Below, in pieces: positions 21,106 through 30,599 of a stretch of 64,000 bases of DNA (position 1 is its first letter; each line of letters starts with the position of its first letter). The stretch comes from a bacterium. Its GTDB lineage: Bacteria; UBA10199; 2-02-FULL-50-16; JAJFLM01. A program made the translations under genes and the position numbers. The DNA is taken from NCBI GenBank assembly GCA_965216315.1, contig CBDCFN010000016.1:64001-128000 (forward strand), read 5' to 3'. Below the pieces are notes generated by a model. It did not search any database, was not told the DNA's origin, and saw only the letters and a program-made list of their open reading frames with translations.

Positions 21106-22053
21106 ATGGGAAACCCGCTGAAATCATTTGTTATTGGTTCACGGGGGAGCCGCTTGGCCTTGGTGCAAGCGGAATCCGTAAAAGCGGAGCTTGAGGCGCG
21201 GCACGCCGATTTGCAAGTGAGCCTTGAGATCATCAAGACTTCTGGAGATATCCGCAAGGACCATCCGCTCGACAGCTCGGGCCGCAAGGGGCTCTACACG
21301 CGTGAGATCGAACAAGAACTCGCGAGTCAGCGGATTGACTGCGCTGTTCACTCGATGAAAGATCTGCCGAGTCAATTGGAGGCTGGGTTTGAGATTGCGG
21401 CGATTACCAAGCGCGAAGATCCGCGTGATGTTTTTGTGTCGAAAAAATATTCCGAACTACTCGCATTGCCGAAGAACGGTCGAGTGGGTACTTCAAGTTT
21501 GCGGCGCATGACCCAACTCAAAAACCTCCGGCCTGATCTGGAAGTGCTGCCGCTGCGTGGCAATGTTGAAACGCGTTTGAAGAAATTGGAAACCGAGGAT
21601 TTTGATGGCATTATCTTGGCAGCGGCCGGTTTAAGGCGCTTGGGCCTGGAAAGTGAAATTACGGAAGCGCTCGCCCCGACGATTATGGTGCCGTCGGCGG
21701 GTCAAGGGGCATTGGCGATCGAAATACGGGCTGACGATAATGAAGCCCGCAACATCGTGGGGTTTTTGAATGACCCGGATACCTCAATCGCCGTGCGCGC
21801 CGAACGGGCCTGTGTGCGGCGCTTACAAGGCGGCTGTGAGGTGCCGATTACGGCCTACGCGGCGGTCGAATGGAACCGAATTGAAATTGTGTGTTTAGTG
21901 GCAACTCCGGATGGCCGTGAGGTCTTGAGGGATCGCTGTGAAGGGGATTTGCAGCATCCCGAGGCAACCGGAGAAAAACTGGCGGAGACCCTCTTAAAGC
22001 AAGGGGCCGGCCGCATCATTGATCAGATAATGGCCCATGTCCAAAAAAGGTAA
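21106..22053 (+). CDS. hemC: Hydroxymethylbilane synthase
   Basis: GSRGSRLALVQ, VHSMKD, GTSSLRR, RGNVETRL, GGCEVPI. Confidence 0.97.
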   Translation: MGNPLKSFVIGSRGSRLALVQAESVKAELEARHADLQVSLEIIKTSGDIRKDHPLDSSGRKGLYTREIEQELASQRIDCAVHSMKDLPSQLEAGFEIAAITKREDPRDVFVSKKYSELLALPKNGRVGTSSLRRMTQLKNLRPDLEVLPLRGNVETRLKKLETEDFDGIILAAAGLRRLGLESEITEALAPTIMVPSAGQGALAIEIRADDNEARNIVGFLNDPDTSIAVRAERACVRRLQGGCEVPITAYAAVEWNRIEIVCLVATPDGREVLRDRCEGDLQHPEATGEKLAETLLKQGAGRIIDQIMAHVQKR

Positions 22054-23572
22054 AGTCTATCTTGTCGGCGCCGGCCCCGGTGATCCGGGGTTGATCACAG
22101 TGCGGGGTTTGCAGCTCTTGCGCGAGGCAGAACTCGTTGTTTGCGATGCCCTTGTTCCCGATGAGATACTCAACGAAATTCCCGCCGGATGTCGTGTCAT
22201 CGATGCCGGCAAGCGGGCGGGGCATCATCGGCTCAAGCAACAGGAAATCACCAAAATTCTTATACGTGAGGCCCGCAAAGGGAAGGCCGTTGTCCGTTTA
22301 AAAGGCGGAGACCCTTTTTTGCTCGGCCGTGGCGGTGAAGAGGCACTCGATTTAAAAAAAGCGCGTATTCCGTTCGAAATTGTGCCGGGCGTCAGTTCGG
22401 CCAATGCAGTGCCGGCTTATGCAGGCATTCCTCTGACGCATCGAGATATTAATTCGTGTGTGACGATCCTGACAGGTCACGGCGAGTCACAAAGTCGCCG
22501 CTTGGGTCCCGCCCCACTCGACTGGCCGTCACTGGCGGAACAGGATGTCTTGGTCCTCTTAATGGGGTTGAAGAGTATCCGGCAAAACATGAAGGCCCTG
22601 ATCCAGGCCGGTAAAGATCCGAAGACGCCCGTCGCTGTCATTGAAAAAGGAACATTGCCGGAGCAACGGACGATTACCGGGACCATCAAGGATATTGCCG
22701 GCAAGGTGGGTCGGGCCCGTATCGAGGCGCCGGTTGTCATTGTCGTTGGCACGATTACGCGCTTGCGGTCAAAGCTTGGGTGGTTTGAGTCGAAGCCCCT
22801 TTTTGCCAAACATATACTCGTCACACGGGCGCGCCATCAGGCGGCCGAATTGACCCAACGGCTGCTTGCAGAGGGAGCGCGGGTAACGGAGATACCGACA
22901 ATCGGAATCGAGCCGCCGCGGTCGTGGCGTGTACTGGATCAGGCCTTGAAGCAGTTAATGGATTTTTCGTGGCTGATTTTTACCAGTGTGAATGGAGTCC
23001 GAGCTTTTTTTAATCGTTTGTACAGTCGCGATTATGATGTGCGCGCCTTGGGCCATCTCAAAGTGGCCGTGATCGGGCCCGCGACGGCCTCGTGTCTGGC
23101 AGGCTATGGCATTTCGGCGGATGTGATCGCCGAATCGTATCGTGCGGAGGGCTTGCTGGAAAAACTTTCCGATAGTTTTCTTTCCAATGAGGAAGTCTTG
23201 ATAGCACGGGCGACGGAGGCCCGTTCTGTCCTGCCGGATGAACTCAAGCGGTGGGGTGCCCGGGTTGTGGTCGCGCCGTGTTACCGGGCGGTCATTCCTT
23301 CCGATTCAAGGACGGAACTCAAACGATTGATCAGAGACGATCCGCCGGATTTATTGAGCTTCGCCAGCTCGAGCATGGCGGCCAATTTTGCGGCCATTCT
23401 CAGCAAAGATCGCAAGCTCTGGAATCGCGCCCGCAAGATTCCGGCGGCGTGCATCGGTCCGATCACCGCCCGGACCGTCAGGGATGTCGGTTTAAAAATG
23501 GCGGTTCAGCCCAAGCAATTCACGATTCCTGACCTGGTTGAGGCGATTCGACGTTATGGGAAGAAACTTTAA
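22037..23572 (+). CDS. cobA: Uroporphyrinogen-III C-methyltransferase / uroporphyrinogen-III synthase fusion (CobA-HemD)
   Basis: VGAGPGDPGLIT and RLKGGDPF in the N-half; ILVTRA..Q, FTSVNGV, IGPIT in the C-half. Confidence 0.95.
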   Translation: MSKKGKVYLVGAGPGDPGLITVRGLQLLREAELVVCDALVPDEILNEIPAGCRVIDAGKRAGHHRLKQQEITKILIREARKGKAVVRLKGGDPFLLGRGGEEALDLKKARIPFEIVPGVSSANAVPAYAGIPLTHRDINSCVTILTGHGESQSRRLGPAPLDWPSLAEQDVLVLLMGLKSIRQNMKALIQAGKDPKTPVAVIEKGTLPEQRTITGTIKDIAGKVGRARIEAPVVIVVGTITRLRSKLGWFESKPLFAKHILVTRARHQAAELTQRLLAEGARVTEIPTIGIEPPRSWRVLDQALKQLMDFSWLIFTSVNGVRAFFNRLYSRDYDVRALGHLKVAVIGPATASCLAGYGISADVIAESYRAEGLLEKLSDSFLSNEEVLIARATEARSVLPDELKRWGARVVVAPCYRAVIPSDSRTELKRLIRDDPPDLLSFASSSMAANFAAILSKDRKLWNRARKIPAACIGPITARTVRDVGLKMAVQPKQFTIPDLVEAIRRYGKKL

Positions 23573-24609
23573 GGAACGAGGGCCGTTCCCGCGATGCCGA
23601 GGCTCTCGTCCAGGCCGTGCATGAGATTCATGTTTTGCACCGCCTGACCGGATGCGCCCTTGGTGAGGTTGTCGAGGGCTGAGATGACGGTGATGAGTTC
23701 GGTCCGCTCATCGTAATAGACGCCGATATCACAATAGTTAGTTCCTCGAACCTGTTTGGTGCCGGGGAATTCTCCTAACGGAAGGATCCGGACAAAAGGT
23801 TCATTCCGGTAGAATTTTTGAAAGACCTCAATCACATCATTACTGGTCAATTTTTTTAGCGGCTTGGCATAAATGGTTGCGAGCAGGCCCCGGTCCATCG
23901 GTATCAAATGTGGGGTGAAACGAAGCTGGAGTTCTTCGCCCGCGAGTTTGCTGAGTTCCTGTTCGATTTCAGAGGTATGCCGGTGTTTCTCGACGCCGTA
24001 TGCCCGCAAACTTTCGTTAACTTCACCAAAAATGGTATTTTGTTGAGGTGTCCGTCCAGCACCAGAGGTGCCCGACTTGGCGTCGGCAATGATGCCTTGA
24101 TGCGCTATCAAGTTGGCTTTGAGTAGCGGAGCGATCCCTAAAATAATCGTGGTCGGGTAGCAGCCGGGATTTGCCACCAAAAAAGCGGATTTAATTTGAT
24201 CCCGGTAGAGTTCCGGTAGTCCATAGACTTTTTCTTTGAGGAGCTCTGGCTTACTATGCTCGCCATAAGTTTCTTTGAAGAGGCTCAAGGAATCCAGCCT
24301 GAAGTCCGCCGACAGGTCGATGACCTTGCTGCCATAGTCTAGGAGTGCGGGTACATGGGGCATAGACTGTTGATGCGGCAAGCAGCTGAACACCAGGGTT
24401 GTTTGCTTGGCGATCTCTTTAGGATGTAGCTTGACGAGCTCCTGATCACAGCAATTCCTGAACGCAGGAAACACGTCGGAGTACTTTTGTCCTGCAGAGC
24501 GTTCGGAAGTAAGAACAGTTAGTTCTATTTCTGGATGTTGCAGGAGCAAGCGAACGAGTTCAATGCCGGTATAACCGGTGGCTCCCAAGATGCCGACACG
24601 AATCGACAT
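23569..24609 (-). CDS. argC: N-acetyl-gamma-glutamyl-phosphate reductase
   Basis: GATGYTG, DLSADFRL, NPGCYPT, DNLTKGASGQAVQNMN. Confidence 0.97.
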   Translation of the reverse strand: MSIRVGILGATGYTGIELVRLLLQHPEIELTVLTSERSAGQKYSDVFPAFRNCCDQELVKLHPKEIAKQTTLVFSCLPHQQSMPHVPALLDYGSKVIDLSADFRLDSLSLFKETYGEHSKPELLKEKVYGLPELYRDQIKSAFLVANPGCYPTTIILGIAPLLKANLIAHQGIIADAKSGTSGAGRTPQQNTIFGEVNESLRAYGVEKHRHTSEIEQELSKLAGEELQLRFTPHLIPMDRGLLATIYAKPLKKLTSNDVIEVFQKFYRNEPFVRILPLGEFPGTKQVRGTNYCDIGVYYDERTELITVISALDNLTKGASGQAVQNMNLMHGLDESLGIAGTALVP

Positions 24610-24613
24610 AATA

Positions 24614-25015
24614 TTACCTCTTGGAGAATTGGGGTGAGCGGCGTGCACCGCGTCTGCCGTAGTGTTTACGCTCGACGATACGGGCATCACGCGTCAGAAA
24701 GCCCGCGTTTTTAAGCGGCTTGCGGTAGTCCTGATTGACCTTGAGCAGGGCCTTGGCCACGCCGTATTTCAAGGCATCGGCCTGGGCCGAGAGGCCGCCG
24801 CCGGCGATATTGGCCTTGATGTTAAATTGATCTTTGGTGCCTGTTACTTCAAAGGGAAGCCGGACTAAAAAGCGTAAGGCTTCGCGCCCAAAATAATCTG
24901 CTTCTTCGCGATTGTTGACCGTGATCGTGCCGTCGCCCGGTTCCATGTAAACCCGTGCGATCGAACGTTTGCGTTTGCCGGTGCCATAAAAATAAGTTTT
25001 TTTCGGTTGTGCCAT
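24614..25015 (-). CDS. rpsI: 30S ribosomal protein S9
   Basis: GTGKRK, GGGLSAQA, LTRDARIVERK, C-terminal QFSKR. Confidence 0.98.
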   Translation of the reverse strand: MAQPKKTYFYGTGKRKRSIARVYMEPGDGTITVNNREEADYFGREALRFLVRLPFEVTGTKDQFNIKANIAGGGLSAQADALKYGVAKALLKVNQDYRKPLKNAGFLTRDARIVERKHYGRRGARRSPQFSKR

Positions 25016-25017
25016 GA

Positions 25018-25596
25018 TTATTCTTTAGTCTCTTTCTTCTCTTCGGTCTTCTCTTCCGCTTCAGCAGGGGCCGCTTTGCTTTCTGTCTTGGCGGATTCCT
25101 TTTTCTTGGCCGGTGCTTTCTTTTCAGCCTTGGGTTTTGCCGCCGCGACTATTTCCTTATCATTTACGCCGATCACATCCGGTTGTTGCGAGATGTGCGG
25201 ATGCTCCGCTCCTGCATAAATTTTAAGCTTCTTTAAATAATGTTTACGGCTCGCATTTTTCGGAAGCATGCCGCTGACAGCGAGACGCAACAGCTCTTCC
25301 GGCTTTTTCTCGAGCAATTCTCCTGCCGTATTTTCTTTGAGGCCACCTTTATAGCCGGAGTGACGGTAATAAATCTTGTCGCTCAGCTTCTTGCCGGTCA
25401 AGCGGACCTTCTCCGCATTGATAGCGACGACGAAATCTCCCATATCCATGTGAGGCGTAAAGGTCGGCCGGTGTTTGCCGCGTAAGACATTCGCAATCCG
25501 GGTCGCCGCCCGGCCCAGGACGACTCCGTCGAGGTCAATGAGGACCCATTTCCGGTCGGCATCGCCCTTTTTGGGCATGTAGGTCGATTTCTGCAT
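25018..25596 (-). CDS. rplM: 50S ribosomal protein L13 with Lys/Ala/Glu-rich C-terminal extension
   Basis: [38 protein letters not shown], then about 45 aa of low-complexity tail. Confidence 0.97.
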   Translation of the reverse strand: MQKSTYMPKKGDADRKWVLIDLDGVVLGRAATRIANVLRGKHRPTFTPHMDMGDFVVAINAEKVRLTGKKLSDKIYYRHSGYKGGLKENTAGELLEKKPEELLRLAVSGMLPKNASRKHYLKKLKIYAGAEHPHISQQPDVIGVNDKEIVAAAKPKAEKKAPAKKKESAKTESKAAPAEAEEKTEEKKETKE

Positions 25597-25686
25597 AAGG
25601 CGTGGGAAAGTAGGGGAAAAGGGCATTAGTGTCAAGTGCGGCAAAACTTGATCTTAGGGAGGTCTTTCTCGTAGTCTGCCCGCCTG

Positions 25687-26736
25687 ATGGCAGCGAAAAT
25701 CCGTACTCAAGTCCGCAAGTTGGCCGGCTACCACCTGGACCAGCCTGATTGCCGGATCAAACTCAATCAAAATGAGTCGCCCTACGACCTCCCCATGGGC
25801 CTTAAGACCCGCATTTTGGGCCGGCTTGCCCAACTGCCTTGGAATCGTTATCCCAGTCCCTATGCCGCCGCGCTCCGGGAAAAGATCGCGGTCCAAGTAG
25901 GGTGGAAAACGGAAGGAGTACTCCTCGCCAACGGTTCGAATGTCCTGACCCAGGCCGTGGTCGCGGCGATTGCCGTCGGGGGCAAGGTGATGGCGCCGGT
26001 GCCGAGCTTTTCCCTCTATGAACTTTATGGGCGGCTCTATAATAATAAGGTTGTTAAGGTCCCGTTGGATGCTGAATTCAGTCTCGATGGCGAGCGCTTC
26101 ATCAAAGCGATGAAAAAGCAGCGACCGAACCTGACCTTTATTCCTAATCCTAATGCCCCGACCGGAAATCTTTTTAGTACCAAAGTGCTGAAAGAACTGA
26201 TCCAAGCGGCGCCCGGTTACATCGTCATTGATGAGGCCTACTATCCTTTTTCCGGGGCGACCTTGGTGCCGATGCTGCGTCGCCATCCCCAGTTGCTCAT
26301 CTTAAGGACCTTTTCCAAGGCGTTTTCTTTGGGGGGGGTCCGTATCGGGTATCTCTTGGGCAATCCGCAGACGATCCGTGAAGTGCGCAAGGTGGTGCCG
26401 CCATTTTGTCTCAATGCCTTGGCCGAGACGATTGCAGGCGCCGTGCTCGACTCACCGAAATACGTCGACAAGCTCGTCGATGAAATTAACCGGGAACGTC
26501 ACAAGGTTTTCGTGGCTCTGCGCAAGTTGCCCGGCATCACGCCGTTTCCGAGTCATGCCAACTTCATCCTCTTTCGCGCGCGCAAGCCGAAGGCGATTTT
26601 CAGAGGTCTTTTGAAAAAAGGGATCTTGATCCGTGATGTCTCGGATAGCGGACCGCTCAAGAATTGCCTGCGGGTTAGCATCGGGACGCCGAAAGAGAAT
26701 CAGGCCTTTCTGCGGGTGATGAACCAACTGAACTGA
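25687..26736 (+). CDS. hisC: Histidinol-phosphate aminotransferase
   Basis: KLNQNESPY, NPNAPTG, DEAY, RTFSKAFSLGGVRIGY, LRVSIGT. Confidence 0.9.
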   Translation: MAAKIRTQVRKLAGYHLDQPDCRIKLNQNESPYDLPMGLKTRILGRLAQLPWNRYPSPYAAALREKIAVQVGWKTEGVLLANGSNVLTQAVVAAIAVGGKVMAPVPSFSLYELYGRLYNNKVVKVPLDAEFSLDGERFIKAMKKQRPNLTFIPNPNAPTGNLFSTKVLKELIQAAPGYIVIDEAYYPFSGATLVPMLRRHPQLLILRTFSKAFSLGGVRIGYLLGNPQTIREVRKVVPPFCLNALAETIAGAVLDSPKYVDKLVDEINRERHKVFVALRKLPGITPFPSHANFILFRARKPKAIFRGLLKKGILIRDVSDSGPLKNCLRVSIGTPKENQAFLRVMNQLN

Positions 26737-27422
26737 TGGTAAGGTCTTGGGCCCTCTTAGTTGCTCTTCTTTGTGGGAACGCTGTTGCACTGAATGCGTC
26801 GGCTGCCTCCCAAGCGAATCTTTTAACCAACCCATCGTTTGAAAAGGGACGCCAAGGTTGGGAATGGCGCCAGAAGAATCCTCATTGGAATAACTTTGAA
26901 CTAAGTCCGGATCAAGGCCTTCAGAGTGGCAAGGCAGCTCTGATGCCCATGCGTTATCAAGCGGATAAGCCATCGCCGGCGGTTTGGGGGTTGGTACAGA
27001 AAAAGTCTATTCGCGAACTGCCGCGCGAATTGAGTTTTTCGTATCGAGTCGAAAACTGGCAACGGGCCGTGCCACGACAGTACATCCAAGTCGTCGTGAT
27101 GATCCATGACGATAAGTTAGTCTCGCGTCTGCAGCACAACACGATGCAGTTGCGCTACATCGTGGCGGGAACGGCGGCGCCGCCGTATGAGAATATCGTG
27201 AACGCGCGCTACGTCATGGCCGGCACACGGGAGCCGTTTCAAGGGCGATGGATCCAGTTTAAGGCCGATCTGCCGCGTGATTTCAAACGGGTCTGGGGCT
27301 GGGCGCCGAAAGATTTCTCTGCACTCGAGATCTTTTTTGAAGTCCGTTATGACGATGCGGTTGAGGGCTCTGTTCGTCCCCGAGCGGATGTGTATTGGGA
27401 TGAGATTAAATTAATGTATTGA
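26736..27422 (+). CDS. Secreted protein with carbohydrate-binding (CBM4/9-like) beta-sandwich
   Basis: Signal peptide, NLLTNPSFE..GW start and VYWDEI end typical of galactose-binding-like domains. Confidence 0.6.
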   Translation: MVRSWALLVALLCGNAVALNASAASQANLLTNPSFEKGRQGWEWRQKNPHWNNFELSPDQGLQSGKAALMPMRYQADKPSPAVWGLVQKKSIRELPRELSFSYRVENWQRAVPRQYIQVVVMIHDDKLVSRLQHNTMQLRYIVAGTAAPPYENIVNARYVMAGTREPFQGRWIQFKADLPRDFKRVWGWAPKDFSALEIFFEVRYDDAVEGSVRPRADVYWDEIKLMY

Positions 27423-27473
27423 TGTATTGTGTGGAAGTATTCACAATCGTTCATATTGACGTAAGTGGACGCG

Positions 27474-30470
27474 TTATTCGCTCGAGTGTGCAGACATATA
27501 TGCGGTAAGTTTGTTTAGATCGATCCGGTCGGTCTCAATGAATCGCGGCATAGACAACCAGAAATAATCAAAAAAGGCTTCAGGTCCCAGGGCCTCTTGC
27601 CACAGTGACTCAAGGGCCACGGTATGTCGCTGGGGATCGCGCTTAATCAGGCGACGCGAGCGGTGGATCAGGTCGACGAGGCTCTGTGCCGTTTGGTTCC
27701 ATTCGCCGCTGATGGCGTAGGACTTGCGCAGTCCGATGAAAACGCGTTCCAACATCCGGTCCGTGCCCCGGCTAACTAGTGCCAGCATCTGTTCAGCGCT
27801 TGCGATATGCCTTTTAAGGGGTTCCGGATTAATATCCAATACGAACTTAGTCCCGTTCAAATAATCAATAGGGTTTTGCGGCGCTAAGGCCTCGGTCCAG
27901 GCCTGAATCAGCTGGTCGCGGTCTTGTATCCCATGATAATAAGCCAGTAGTTTCGCGAAGTCATGGCGCGCCGTTTCGCTCCCATGCTCTTTAAAGAAGA
28001 GGCGACGCTCTCTTTGCTCGCGAGCTAACATGTGAACCAACTTGACAAAAGCATTCGATCGGGAAAGGGGTCGGAGACCTTCGAAACTGGTTCTGCGCCA
28101 AAAAGGTTTCTCTATATACCCTGTAAATTGTTTTGAACGCGATGGATGACGCAGCTTACGCAGGGCTTTGGCCTCAATTTGGCGGATTCTTTCTCTTGAT
28201 ACTTCAAATTTATCTGCCACTTCATCAAATATGTAGTCGCGCCGCTTATCAATGCCAAAGCGCAATCGAATGACTTTTTCTTCGCGTGGCGTTAATGTCT
28301 TCAGGGCGCGAGGCACAAGGTCGGTTAGCTCTATCAAGTCATAAGCTTGATCCGGACTCTTTGTGGCGACAGGTTGGTAGCCAGTTACTGCGGCGGCATT
28401 TATCACGTCCTGAGCTGTACCCGTAGCAATTTCCTCGCACCAACCTGCTTTAAGTTCATGTTCGGCGAGGGCCTCTTCTAATGAGACGATTGCCTCTGCA
28501 GATGAAAACGGTGTCGTAACTGTAAAGACCGGCGAAAACAGCATGTCAGTAATGCGCTGGGTAACAGGAGAGTTTTTTTTAAGGTTAAACTTGCCGTTAA
28601 AAATATGGCTCCAGTTCACATAGGAAGCATGCCCTGTAAAGCCCAGTCTTCGCACGGCCTCGCGAATGGGCCCTATGCCCACCAGGTGAAGCGTCGAGCG
28701 TCGTATCAAGCGGATGAACTCGCGGACCTTGGGACCACCATCCTCTGACAGCGGATGTATATACTCAATTGCTTCCAGCGCATCTTGTTCCCAGACACGC
28801 AAGAGATCGTTAGGTTCAAGCCCCAAGCGTTTGGCTATCATGCGAACCTCATGAGTGGTTCTAGGTAAAGCCCCGTATAGATAACTATTAACCGTATCCA
28901 GATCGGCATCCAAGGCATTTGAGAGGGCCGTCATGTCACCCGCAAATCGCCCGGCCAACACATCCTCTAAGACTTTTTGTAACTGGCCTTCTTCATATTG
29001 AAAGCGGGTGGATTCCGTTGTAAAACGAAACTCCAAGCCGCGACGTGTTCCATGACGGGGTGTGAAAATTCGCCGCTTGACGATACTGTTGGATCGACCG
29101 TGATTTGGTCGAGGGATATTGAGCGGGTCATATTCGATTCCATCGGCGACACGATTCATAATATTAAAAAAGCGTGCGAGGTGCGCCATGTAATCGCGTG
29201 CACTCCCCGCGCTCTTCATTTCGATATTGAGGATCGTGCGTTGTTCTTCATCATCATGCACGCCCAAAGCGCGCCCCACTCGCTGCCCGTAGCGCCGTAA
29301 AGAGCTGCACTCGTAGTCATGGATGATGCCCTCGGTGCCACGGGCCCGATAACCGAAGGCGAGCATGCCGATGCTGATCAGCACCTTAACTCCGGAGCCG
29401 TCGCTATAGCCGGCAACGGCTTCGTCTAGTTCATCGTCCGGCATGCCCGAATAAATCGCTTTGGCGTAACCTTTGCCAAAACGGTCATTAAAGACCTGTT
29501 CATGGATTTGGGCGTGAAGAATCGACGAGGTAAAGAGTAAGGTTTTTTTGTCGTCGAGATGTTGTTGGTAGACATCCGCGACAGCCTGGCTCTGGATAAC
29601 AGAGGCATCGGGAATTTCGAGCCATTCATCCGATTTTTGGTGCAGGTGCGAGCGGATGATGACATCGTATTTTACGGAGAGTCCCTTGATCTTATGGAGG
29701 TAACCGCGTTCCATAAACCAACGTAGTCCCAGCGAAGAAATCTGTCGGCCGGTCCCAAATACTTTGTTCAATCGATATGGATCTGCGGTCAGTCCCAGTA
29801 AAAATTTTCCCGGATTTGCACTGATTTGTTGTTCTGAATCAAGAAAACCGAGATGCTCTAAGATTCGTTGCCAAGTCCCAGCCAGACTGAATGTCGCCTC
29901 GTCGATGACTACCAAAGCGAAACGGTCAGGATCCCATTGCTTGAGATTTTGTGCGCGTCCTAGAGTAAAGGCGCTGGCCAGGACAATATCATGCTTTCCA
30001 GTATAATCCTTGTGCTTGGCATCGATAATGCCGATACGCATTTGCGGTACGAATGATTGCAGGTCATCAAGGATCTGCTTGGTAATGATGCGATAGGGTG
30101 AGATCACCAGGGTCGTTTTGCCTGGAAAAATTTGTGCAGCGGCCTCCGCGAGGGGTCCGATGATCATTGTCTTGCCGGTCTGCGTGGGAGCGCGCATCAG
30201 AATGCGATCATGACCGGCTTGCATGGTCTCGACGACAGAATTTAATTGAGCTCGTTGATAGTCACGGAATTGGAGAATTGATTCGTCAGTAGCAGTGGCC
30301 TCTTCGAGAGGGGCCCAAAAACGAGGGATGCTCCATTCATGCGAAGCTGTGAGAAAAGAGGGTGCATTCCATCCCGATAGAAGGTGTAAGCTCTGTGGTA
30401 CCTGCCCAAGTATCGGAATAGCAATGGCCGGAGTTGCAAAAGGAATACTGATGGGTGCAATAAAACTCAT
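27474..30470 (-). CDS. SF2 (DEAD/DEAH, ResIII-like) helicase fused to an RpoD-like sigma-70 region 4
   Basis: APTQTGKT, VIDEAT, GLTAD, YGQRVGRAL; later LTPREEKVIRLRFGI..EVSRERIRQIEAKALRKLRHPSRS. Start placed at ATG 30470, just downstream of the conserved promoter motif. Confidence 0.85.
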   Translation of the reverse strand: MSFIAPISIPFATPAIAIPILGQVPQSLHLLSGWNAPSFLTASHEWSIPRFWAPLEEATATDESILQFRDYQRAQLNSVVETMQAGHDRILMRAPTQTGKTMIIGPLAEAAAQIFPGKTTLVISPYRIITKQILDDLQSFVPQMRIGIIDAKHKDYTGKHDIVLASAFTLGRAQNLKQWDPDRFALVVIDEATFSLAGTWQRILEHLGFLDSEQQISANPGKFLLGLTADPYRLNKVFGTGRQISSLGLRWFMERGYLHKIKGLSVKYDVIIRSHLHQKSDEWLEIPDASVIQSQAVADVYQQHLDDKKTLLFTSSILHAQIHEQVFNDRFGKGYAKAIYSGMPDDELDEAVAGYSDGSGVKVLISIGMLAFGYRARGTEGIIHDYECSSLRRYGQRVGRALGVHDDEEQRTILNIEMKSAGSARDYMAHLARFFNIMNRVADGIEYDPLNIPRPNHGRSNSIVKRRIFTPRHGTRRGLEFRFTTESTRFQYEEGQLQKVLEDVLAGRFAGDMTALSNALDADLDTVNSYLYGALPRTTHEVRMIAKRLGLEPNDLLRVWEQDALEAIEYIHPLSEDGGPKVREFIRLIRRSTLHLVGIGPIREAVRRLGFTGHASYVNWSHIFNGKFNLKKNSPVTQRITDMLFSPVFTVTTPFSSAEAIVSLEEALAEHELKAGWCEEIATGTAQDVINAAAVTGYQPVATKSPDQAYDLIELTDLVPRALKTLTPREEKVIRLRFGIDKRRDYIFDEVADKFEVSRERIRQIEAKALRKLRHPSRSKQFTGYIEKPFWRRTSFEGLRPLSRSNAFVKLVHMLAREQRERRLFFKEHGSETARHDFAKLLAYYHGIQDRDQLIQAWTEALAPQNPIDYLNGTKFVLDINPEPLKRHIASAEQMLALVSRGTDRMLERVFIGLRKSYAISGEWNQTAQSLVDLIHRSRRLIKRDPQRHTVALESLWQEALGPEAFFDYFWLSMPRFIETDRIDLNKLTAYMSAHSSE

Positions 30471-30481
30471 TGCGAGGCTTA

Positions 30482-30549
30482 TCGGCGCCGATAGGATCTT
30501 GTTGCAGACTAAGTCTTTGAGCGAATTATTTTTGTTCACGAGAGTGAAC
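30482..30549 (-). promoter_or_regulatory. Composite element: palindrome + CAAC-N16-CGATAA promoter
   Basis: GTTCAC-GAGA-GTGAAC (30534-30549), 29-bp gap, CAAC (30504-30501), N16, CGA (30484-30482). Confidence 0.7.
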
Positions 30550-30599
30550 GAGCTGTTTGCTAGCGACGCAGAGAATCAAAGACGACCGGTTTTAAAGGG

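Noticed and set aside
23569..25596. argC in an operon with rplM-rpsI
   Set aside because: A known arrangement in several alpha- and deltaproteobacteria; not novel.
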